This document shows positions 40,631 through 51,178 of a stretch of 64,000 nt of DNA, in pieces. Where the stretch lies: assembly GCA_013265495.1 (NCBI GenBank), contig MU058844.1, positions 12,360,184 through 12,424,183 of the forward strand, given 5' to 3'. Source of the DNA: Vicugna vicugna. Lineage: Eukaryota. Position numbers and translations under genes: made by a program. The first letter of the stretch is position 1, and each line of letters begins with the position of its first letter. Below the pieces are notes generated by a model that did no database searches, was not told the origin of the DNA, and saw only the letters and a program-made list of their open reading frames with translations.

Positions 40631-41289
40631 TGAGGTTTTGCGGGCATAAATTTAAAATTAGACCAGGAAGCCCTGTTGCTTTTTTTTTTTTCCAGCTACA
40701 TTCAGCTGTGCTAATGCAGGGGTGGAAGAGGAAGAAGGTTGAATTTATCGAGGGGTGGAATTTCACTGCAGGAGCAGTGAGGCAAGGATGCTGAATGCGC
40801 GTACATGAAAACTACTTAACAACAGACTGAGAAACCTTAGCCATGTAAAGATGGATATTTACCGGTGAGATAGTAGGAAGATCAGTGGACTAGGGGTTTC
40901 TGGTGGCGTCCAAGAATTACAGCAGTGGGATCATTCTCAAGTTCCTCACCCTAGAGGAAGTGAGCTGGAGAGACAGGAAGAGGAGACCAAAGAATAGACA
41001 GAAATAGGGATGGTGAGAAATTTAGTAAACTAATGACTAAAATCCTTAATACATGGGGGAAGTGATGGAGAAGAAAGCAGATTACTGTTAATAAAAAAAG
41101 TGGGGGGGGCAAAGTGGTATAGCCTAATTCCATGTGCTTCAAAGGACCCGAGGGGACGGAGAGTGGAAGTAAGGGTACCAAAGCAGGAAAAAGGTGGGCA
41201 CCAACCCTAAATGACTTTAGCCACAGACAAGCAACTAAGAGAGAAATGCTTACACAGTAGAGGTTAAGTGTAAATAATATAAAGAGAGT

Positions 41290-41600
41290 GCATTATTAAG
41301 GTAATACTAGCTACCATAAGACATGGATAAAACCCCAAAGCTCAGTGGCTTAACTTCATAGATATTTATTTCTTGCTCAATCAACTCGACAGAAATTTAT
41401 CTCTTGGAAGATGAAAGGCTCTTCTCCATGTAGTTCTTCAAAGACTCGGATTGATGGAGGCTCTCCCATCTTCAGTATGTGGTTTCTAAGGCTTCCAGGG
41501 GTGTTGACATCAAGGGGGTAAGAGAGAGGAAGACAGCACTGCATTATGGGCCAGGCCAGGGAGTGGCCAACATCAGTTTCTCCCACTGAGTAATCTGGCT
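41290..41600 (-). mobile_element. MLT1-type LTR fragment
   Basis: 'aaaccccaaagctcagtggcttaac...tttatttcttgctca...gatggaggctctcccatcttcagtatgtggtttc'. Confidence 0.55.
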
Positions 41601-43254
41601 GGGAATGGGGTCTGTATTTTGTGCCCAGAAATTAAGGGAAATAAATTTGATTACTTGCCGTGAAAGCCTGGGGAAGAGTTTAACCAGTATACTTTGGTGG
41701 AACTTTATCAGGAAATAAAAAAAAATCAAAGTATAATAAAAAAAATAACATGGACTCATAAACTTATTAATCCTTATTTAGAAAATTGGGATCAATAACA
41801 GTTCTCCTGCCTTAAAATGTACGTAAAAATATCAAAATGAGAGATTCTGGATTAAAAACATCTTATAAAAAATGTCAAACTCTGAAGCACTGCATACATG
41901 TCAGCTCTTATTATTACTACTGAGAACACAACTGATATCTGCCCCATTCTTGCTCCTTTAAAATAACTACACACGCCTCTGCAAACCAGCATTATGAAAA
42001 AAAGCTGCTTCACATACCTACATTTCCTATCTGAAATTCTGGCATACATGCACTTCATTTGTCTACCTAAGTCCAGACTCTTGGCAACCTCACCTCCCAG
42101 TTGCCCATTTTGGTATCCAACTTAGCTCTCATTTTCTGCCTGTCTCATAATATTGAGATCCAAGTTCCTAGTTTCTATCTTGTTTTCGTCCTGTGACACA
42201 TCTACAGGACACACATCTACTCCTGCTAACATTCATGCCTTTACAGAGAGTGACACAGGCAGGCTGCTCCATTTCTGTTCACTGCCATCATGCTTTTGAA
42301 GGACCTCTGCATACAGTTGCACAGGCTGTGTACTGCACAACCCCACAGGCCATTGTTCAGCTAGCTGACCAAGTTCTTACAATGTTCTAGCATATGGCAG
42401 CAAAGAGCTTTGCTCTACCAAGACAATATTATGTCAGACAGAAGTTATGTGTCTTAAGAAAGAAGCCGCTCTTCCTAATTCATTCTAAGGTGCCATATGG
42501 ACTTTTCTTGCTCCTTCATAAGAGGTCTGTTCCTGCCCAAATGTGAATGAAGGTCACATGTCCTGTCCAGTTAAGACTAAGCACAAAACCCAAGCAGATA
42601 CTGCACCTAAAAGAACCAGAACTGTGTCAGAGCCTTGTCTCTTGCAAACCATAGATGAAAAATATTTACCAATTCCTAATGACATGGAATTGTTAATTAA
42701 AAGAGTAACACAATAGTAAAACACTTGTTGAAATTTGTTATATACCTGCCTGTGTTCATTATTACATAAACCTATGTGTAAATTTCCCATTGTAAGGCTT
42801 TGGAGCGTCAAAGAAAAAAAAACCAGAAACCAAAAACCTTTGTTTCAAAGCCAAATCAGAACACTCTATTCCATCACAGTTAAAGTAAAAACAAATGAAC
42901 CTAGTGTCCATGCTCTTGGACCCTAGGTAGGTGGTTCTTTGTCTTCTGGGCCACAATTTACAGTATGAGTCATATACAGCTGATGCCCAAAGATCCTCGT
43001 GAGTTGGGAGCTGCAGATATAATCACATATAGACAATCACAGTGAACAGCAACCAGAATATCCATAACCTACGAGGGAACTGCCCCAAGGAAAATTAATC
43101 AGGAACATGATGTCTTGGCTTCTAACGATCTCAGTACATGTTAGGAAAACACATGCTTTCACACCGTATTGACCCCCCTACCTTAGGTGGCCCCTTTTAT
43201 TTCTGCCTATGTAGCACTACCATCTTTGAAGACGTAGCTCAAAATCAACATTTT

Positions 43255-43530
43255 CTTTAAAAGACAGATACCGTATGGTCCCACTTTTCTGAGGGATCTA
43301 AAATAGTCAAATCCACAGGAACAGAAAGCAGAATAGTGGTTACCAGGGGCTGGGAGGAGGGGGAGATGGCGAGCTGTTGTCCAGAAGGTAGAGCTCCTGT
43401 TTAGCAAGACAAAAAAGCCCCAGATCTGGTGCAAAACAATGTGAATACACTTAACGCTACTGGCTGTACACCTAAAAATAATGAAGATGATAAATTTTGG
43501 GTTTTTTTACAATTAAAACAAATTTTAAAA
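43255..43530 (+). mobile_element. L1MA/MB-type 3' UTR fragment
   Basis: 'aaagacagataccgtatggtcccact...aatagtcaaatccacaggaacagaaagcagaatagtggttaccaggggctggga...aatgtgaatacacttaac'. Confidence 0.8.
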
Positions 43531-44354
43531 AGTTCTATATTCTTCTGAAGTGTTTTGTTTAGCCATCCTTGTCTAAAATGACCTTGCCTTCTTCCCCAAA
43601 GTTACTGTCTTTTTACTTGTTGTTTAATCCTGTGCTTCCTTGTTTCAACTACTTTTGTCTGAAACTATTGACCGAGCATTTTTAATGTAACAACCTTTTA
43701 TAGAGTTGAGTCTTAATTAAACAATAATAACAAAATTATTTTAAATCAGTATCTGCATTTTACATTCTATCCCCACGATGCCCTGCCTATAATGGCCCTC
43801 AATAAGCACCTGCTGTTTTAACTCAACTGTGTCACAGCAGGAGTCACAAGATTTGGAGAGCTGAGGCTGAATCTGATTCAAACTGAAGGCTAGTGTGAGA
43901 AGCAGGTTAAGAGTAAAAGTCATCAGAGAAGGCACAATGGGCCATCAAGGACAACTAAGCTGATGTAGCACCTTTGATTTGCTTATCCTTTTATTCAAGA
44001 AAATATTATTGAGTTCCTATGTCTAAGACGTTGTACTTGTTCTGTGGGATACAAGGCTGACATAGTGCCTGCCTCCAAGAATTTATAATCTAGCCATTTC
44101 TGACTCTTTCTCTCAAGAAAAGCTGGAGGAGGTGGGCCAGCCATATTGGCCCATGCCAGCTTAGGGTCAGAGGGCTGAAAGTCAGATATAGCAGCAAGAA
44201 TCAAGATGGACAGAAACATGTGCTAAAACGTGTGTAAGGAAAAGAAATAAAGAAAAAATATGAGAAGTTAAATTTGTCACAAGAAAGAAGCACAAATGCC
44301 AATATAGGAAATGAAGACAAAGGTAAGGTAAATGCAGTCATGGAGCAAGAATTT

Positions 44355-44494
44355 AAAAGATACATGGACCCCAGTGTTCATAGTAGCACTATTTACAACA
44401 TCCACAATATGGAAGCAACCCAAATGTCCATCAACAGATGCCTGGATAGAGAAGCTGTGGTATATATATATATATATTTATGTATATAAATATG

Positions 44495-44543
<49 letters not shown>

Positions 44544-44674
44544 GGAATACTACTCAGCCATAAAAAAGAATAAAATAGTGCCATTTGCAGCAACACAGAT
44601 CTATAGATTATCATACTTAGTAAGTCAGACAGAGAAAGACAAAAATCATATGACATCACTTATATGCGGAATCT
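44355..44674 (+). mobile_element. L1 ORF2 C-terminal fragment containing a (TA)n/(CA)n microsatellite
   Basis: KDTWTPVFIVALFT...WKQPKCPSTDAWIEKLWY...MEYYSAIKKNKIVPFAAT; (CA)n at 44499-44541. Confidence 0.88.
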
Positions 44675-45030
44675 ATTCTCGGTTCTTCTTTCTCAAGATT
44701 GTTTTGGCTATTCGGGGTCTTTTGTGTTTCCATACAAAGTTAAAAAAATTTTGTTCCAGTTCTGTGAAAAATGCCATTGGTAATTCGATAGGGATTGCAC
44801 TGAATCTATAGATTGCCTTTGGTAGTATGGTCATTTTAACAATATTTATTTTTCCAATCCGAGAACATGGTATATATCTTTCCATCTGTTTGTGTTGTCT
44901 TCAATTTCCTTCATCAGCATCTTATAGTCTTCAGAGTATAGGACTTTTGCTTCCTTAGGTAGGTTTATTCCTAAGTATGTTACTGTGATAGTAAATGGGA
45001 CTGCTTCTTTACTTTTCCTTCCTGATATTT
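44675..45030 (-). mobile_element. L1 ORF2 internal fragment
   Basis: [41 protein letters not shown]...[13 protein letters not shown]. Confidence 0.9.
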
Positions 45031-45104
45031 CACAATGCTATAATTTCATGCAAAATGCAATAAATGCTATTGTGAACATGTCATAACTATAGCATTAATA
45101 ATCA

Positions 45105-45200
45105 ATTTTTTTTAAATTACCTTATGTAGCAGTACCAAGGCTTGAACCCAAATCCAGGGAATTATCCACCAAATGCTCTACCACCTACTAGCTCCTCTTA
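45105..45200 (-). mobile_element. Degraded tRNA-derived SINE remnant
   Basis: T-run then 'gtaccaaggcttgaaccca...tgctctaccacct' (reverse complement of B and A boxes). Confidence 0.35.
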
Positions 45201-46669
45201 CCCTTCCTACCTGAACCCCTGACCCCCAACCTCTCAGGCTGTGCTGTGATGAGTTTGCACTGGTCCAATGAGCAGGATCTCCACTGTGTGCCACCCCCAA
45301 GGGCAGAGGCTCTGTCATTTTCACTTTTCAGTTTCCAGGTCACCATTACCCAACCTGTCCATGGCAGACATTACCACAGTCACAGCACTCTTTCTGCCTC
45401 TAGCCCATTCACCGAAATGCCCCAACCAGTGAGGACCAACTGATCAGAGCTGCAGTCAAAATGAAGACTGACTGTCTCCCTGGAGACAGGAAACATGGAG
45501 GAATTACACTGTCCATCTCAGAAAGCAGAGACTGAGTCAGATTTCACGGTACCTAACGACCACTGACTTACTACAGTTTTCTTAGCACACTTCTCCACAA
45601 GATACTGGGCATTCTGCCCCAATACCACCCAGTGCAAGAAGGAGGAAAAAGAAGAGAAAAGCGAAGGAGTCCTCAGAATTTTGCATGAATTTATAATATT
45701 CTTTGATTTTACTTAAGCATCTTGCTTTTTCCATCACTCAGTTACAATAGATAGTTTGTCATTTTTCATTTTCTAGCTTGAGCTAGACCAAAAGGGACAA
45801 TCTAGCAAAGGGGAAAAAAATGATTGAGTGGTACAAGGCACTAATTCATGAAGTGTAACACTTCTCTCTGCCAAATGCTTTCCCTTGTCAATTTTTGCCA
45901 GAATCAATCGGTTATTTTTGGAATTATAAAACATAGTACTGAATCACGCAAATTATGCTACAAATAGCATCTCAAACACTATTCAGACAAAGAAAATAAT
46001 GGATGATTAAATGTCTCATTGCAGTTTTCCTGGATAGTGTTTTCTAATGAATTATATGATGTAGAAATTAAGGAAACTATTTTCCCCTCAGAGGAATGCT
46101 CCTTTATTGACTTAGGGGAAAAAAAAGTAGAATGATGGTCACACAAATAGTACAAATTCTTGGTTTTCAAAGAGTGTTTTCATTTAAATAACAAATGCAC
46201 AGGGAGAATAATAGTCAATGATCTAATTTCACATTTTGAAGACTTTTCTCACTCTGACTTTCTTTCATCTTTACACAAAATCCAATGCTTCATCACATTT
46301 TATTTTCATCTCTACGGCTTTTTCTGATTATAAGAATAATAATGCACGCTACCATAAAAATTCAAGTATTTCAGAAAAGCATTACATAGAAAGCACAGAA
46401 TCCTGCAATTACCCAGAATTGCTACTCCTAAAAATCAGTAACTACGGCTTCAAGTTTTCTCAATCTATTAACCCACTTCTGACGTGCCGAGATCAGCCCA
46501 GTTGTTTCCTCCATATTACAGCTCTACCTTTCCAGTCCATGTACTGTTAAACATCCCCTGTAATTTAAAAAAATGCCCTCTGACCCTCCAGTCTCTCAGC
46601 TTTACAATTTTTCTCTTTTCCTTCACATCTAAACATCGCAAGAGTGAGTTTCACTCATTCCTCGGATCA

Positions 46670-47650
46670 CTATGATTTCATTTCTTTCCCTTCTATTCAA
46701 CCGAAGCCATGAAGTTCTAATGTCCAAACATAATGAGCACATCTGTAGTCTCAGAAACCCACTCTGCTGATCTCTCCCTCTTTAAAATACATATCCTACT
46801 GGTTTGATTACATTTCTATGTCCTGATTCTCTTCCCACTTCTCTGAGAATGCTTTCTTAATCTCCTTTATTGTTCCCTCTTCCTCTGCTCGTCCTTCTTA
46901 CATTGCTGTTTTGTCCTTGGTCCATTTTCTTTCTCACTCTACATGAGTTGTCCCACCTGAGTTATCTAATTGATCTCAAGGTTTTTATAACCACTCATTA
47001 CAGCTAACTCCCGAATCTTACTCATCTCCAGCCTTTAACAGTATCTTCAGGCTCCGTACTCATTCATGTACCTGTATTTCCCAAAGGCACCTTGAAATCA
47101 GTACTGGCCAGAGTGAAATCATCACTGCCTCCCCCCTTTTTCCAAGCCCAGAGATCTCCTTCTGCTGTATTCCATGGGCCAGCTATTGACGACATCACCC
47201 ACTTCATCACCCAAGCAAGAAGCTGAGCAGTCATTTTTCTTACTTTTGCCTTTTCTTCATTTTCTGTACAGACTTAACCATCCAAACATATCTTGAATCT
47301 GTTCCCTTTTTGTAATTTAGGCCCTAACCTTTCCTTTGTACCTTTTATGAGACTAATTTTCTAGAGTCCAATCTCAGCCTCTCAAATACATCCCCACACT
47401 CTTTCCAACATAAATTTTGTAAAGTTAAAATCTGATCCCATTATTTCCTGCACTTAGATAATCAGTGATTCCCCACAGCTTTCAGACAAAAATTCAAGCT
47501 CTTTAGCATGGCATTAAGGTCTTTCATAACAATGGTTTCTATAATTTTCTACAACCATCTCATAATTTACGATCCAACAACACTAAACTACTTACGACTC
47601 CTTGCAAGCCTTATGCTCTTTTCTTGACGTATGCTATCCCCTCTTATCTT
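46670..47650 (+). mobile_element. L2 fragments
   Basis: Pyrimidine-rich L2-like 'ttttctttctcactctac...ctccagcct...caaaggcaccttgaa...cacccaagc...aaatctgatccc'. Confidence 0.6.
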
Positions 47651-47971
47651 TCTCTTCGTTCATACTCATTCGCTTGTCTAATTTTCACTCATTCATTTCT
47701 CTTTTAAGGAGAATAAAAGTTAGCTTTTACTGTTTCTAAGGTTCAAAGGACATCCACAAAGGATTTCTGTTTTTAGTAACAGTGGGTTAGACAGCTGCAG
47801 AACAACCTCCCGCTGGGGCAGGGGAGATTCAAAAAAGCTAGACAAAATATTTTTAAAAGATTTGATTGAAGACACATGAGAGGTCCCAAAGCAGTGAGGA
47901 CTGAGGTAACAAACACCCGCGAGAGAAGGAAAGTATGGAGAGGTGAGCCCCATTTTCCCCTCAGAGAATTT

Positions 47972-48570
47972 TCTGGTGGGAGCATAAGCTAGTACACCCC
48001 CTTTAGAAAACGGTTTGGGAGTATCTACTAAAGGTGAACTACCTGTGCCCTGTAACGGGCAATTCTACTCCTCGGCATACACCCCACAGAAATGTGTTAT
48101 CAAAAGCCACGTAGAAGAATGTGCATAGCAGCGTAAGTCACAATAGCCCCAAACTGGAGACAACTGGTATTTCCATCAAATGATAGATCAGATGCATAAT
48201 TCATATTATGCTTATACAATGAAAAACTCTACAGAGGTGAAAATGAGTGAACTACTGCTATACACAGCAACACAGATAAATTTTCTAAACAAACAGTATG
48301 AAAAATGCCAGATAAAAAAAGGAGTCCCTAAGACTCCATTTACATAAAGTACAAAAACACAAAACAAACGCATGATGTTAAAAGTCCAGAGAGTAGTTTT
48401 CTTTGTAGAGAAAGGAGAATAAAACCATTGGACCCTGATAATATTCTAATTCTTGTCCTACATAATGTTTACCTGGAGGTATTCACTTTATGATTTGTCC
48501 AGCTGTACATTTAGAGCTTGTGCAAATTTTGGTATCTATGCTATACTTCAATAAAATTAAATTCTTTTTA
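47972..48570 (+). mobile_element. L1ME-type 3' end
   Basis: 'gcaattctactcctcggcatacaccccacagaaatg...caatagccccaaactggagacaa...tatgctatacttcaataaaa'. Confidence 0.75.
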
Positions 48571-49558
48571 AAAAGGAAAACAGGACATTTATATCTAAAT
48601 AGATAATAGTATTATGTACAATTGAAAAGTGATATAAATATAAAGCTATGAAATAAACAGGTTTGGAACTGGGTATCTCAGCATACATGCTTTAAAAGCT
48701 ATTACCACTAAATTACTGGAGACCTACCAACCACAGGTAAATGTCCAGTACACACATATTATTTATCATCACAGAGAACTCATGCAGAAATTTTATTTAG
48801 ACAAAATCAGAAAGCTTCTCTGTCCGTAAAATATGCTTTATTTTTCAAAGAAAGCTGAAATCAAAAATGGTTCTCAGTCATTTTTTTCCAGCTGACATCT
48901 CCTGTGAGTCGCTATTCAGCTTCATTTGTTTTAGAGTCTGGTGAATGCTTTGGACAGAGGCTGCTAGAAGGCTTTTCCTGGACTCTGAAACAGGTAACTA
49001 CTTTTCGCTGTATATGAGTATCTAGAAGACCTTCTAGATAGGTCTTTGTGTCCCAACAAAGAGTGGGCCTGCATAGACAGTTCTGTGTCTATCAAAGCGC
49101 CAGAAAATATTTCGACAGCTTCCAGGTGTTTTTCTAGTCTTGGGGGGGTCAGGAAAAATATTTATATTGAAAGACCTCTGTCTTTAAAAATTAGGGCCAA
49201 ATTAACTATCAACATTAGATCAGTGCATTTGGATGGTAAAAATGGTGTCCAGATGAGCCAGGTTCAGCTCGTGGACCAACAGGAATAGAGGAAGGGACAT
49301 GAGTTAAGAAGATATAGGGTTAGGCATCCACCCTCTGGCTCCATCTGTTGCCTCTACCTGTAGTTACAGAGTTCAATTCCTCTATCTGACCACCATGCTT
49401 CCTCACACACAGGTAGCATGGCACAGTTTTAATAACAAGCCTCTAACTTGATAGGCTTTTCAATGTGAGGAAAGAACAATATGTTTACAGAGATCAATTT
49501 CTAATGCTATTAAATTCTGCCATTTTTAAATGTCTGAGATGAGTTGGTGAACAGTTGG

Positions 49559-49965
49559 TGTGATGGTCAGTTTCAAATGCTGAACTTGGTTAGGTTACAG
49601 TACCCAGTTCTTCAATCAAGCACTCATCTAGATGTGGCTATGAAGGTAAGACAGGATTAACATCTACAGTTGACTTTATGTAAAAAAGATTATCTTGGAT
49701 AATCTGGATTAGGCTAATCCAATCAATATAAAAAGCTTTAGAATGGAACTGAAGTTTCCCTGAGGAAGAAGAAATTCCATCTTGGGCTGCAGCATCAGAT
49801 CCTGCCCAAGAGTTTCCAGCCTGCCCTTCCTAACAGCCTGTCCTGCAGATTTCAGCTTGTTTAGCCAGCCCCCACAATCAGGTAAGTCAATTCCTTGCAA
49901 TAAGTCTTCTAAATATACATATATCCTACTGCTTCTGTTTCTCTGGTGGAACCCTGACTGTTACA
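49559..49965 (+). mobile_element. MLT2-type (ERVL) LTR
   Basis: Starts 'tgtgatggtcagtttc...aacttgg'; 'gaagaagaaattcc...tttccagcctgccc...gcagatttcagcttg'; ends 'ttctgtttctctggtggaaccctgactgttaca'. Confidence 0.8.
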
Positions 49966-51178
49966 CAAATCGTCTGGCCATGCCCTGTCTGACTTCTTAC
50001 CCACTGAACCCAAAGCATAATAAAATGGTTGCTTTTTTTATACTATTAGATTGAATTTCTGGTATACAGCAATAGGTAACCAGAACATTTCCTATTACTT
50101 AGCTGCCTCATAAAGAATCCTCTAAATTAGGGGAAAACACTGATTGTGAGTATGTACTTTGCATCCTTCTCATGCTTCATGCAAAATTAGAGGAAAAGTA
50201 GAATACTGTTCCTGAATCCAAACACATTTTCATTCTTTATATCACTGAGCTTGAAATCCAAAAGGCACATTTCTTTATCTTTAGTTAAGACTATGTTAAA
50301 AATAAACAAGACAAAAAGCTTCCTAACTTATTCTTAGAGGAAGCAACCACATTTGTAACCTGGATTTTACCCTGATAATATCAATGTGCCAGAGACACAT
50401 TAATAATAATAATAATAATTAATAGCAACAAACGTGTCTCTCTACCTGTAGCCCTACCTCCATTCTCTAAAAGTTCCCCTTCCTCATCTCCCAATTTTTC
50501 TGAGAATAAACACAATCTCTCTGCTTGACCAAGTGCCCACCAATTGTTCCCCACATTTCTTCAGCACCTTTCGAGTATCTAGAATTGAACTACTGAGTGA
50601 AGCCCATGAAGGTGGTGCCTCAGTATACCGCCAGCATCTGCTGTCCATGGTGCTAACTTTCGTGCCAAGGGCACTGTACCCTAATGACACACAGCACTGC
50701 CTCACGTCACTGAGGAATCCATTGACCCCAGACATCAGAGCCAGAGACTAAGACATTGGATTTTGCCAGGTACCGCTTGCTATAAAAAGGTCTTAAGTGT
50801 ATCCATGGTGCTGGGGACAGGGTTTGGCTGAAGCTACAAGTGGTATTAATGTCAGTGCTCTAAATATACCGAAGTTCCATATTCCCTGTACCCACTTTAT
50901 TCAGCTCTCCATTTTCTGAACCATGCTCTTTTTTAACGGACACCAATGCAACGCTGCTTATTGCTCTTAGTGTATGACTACACTTTAGAAAACAGACTTT
51001 TCTGTTTTTATCTTCAGTCCTCAGTCTCCTAGAAATGAGTTCATGAGCATCTCACTGAAAAGCAAATCTCAATAGCTAACAGCATGCTGTACACAAAAGT
51101 GGTCCTCACTTCTAGTTACCAAGCTTGCTCATTAATTCTCTCTTTTCTTGGAGGAAGTTCATTCTCAAGAATTTTCTC

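Noticed and set aside
44332..44811. 159-aa ORF
   Set aside because: It is a chance chimera of sense L1, a microsatellite and antisense L1.
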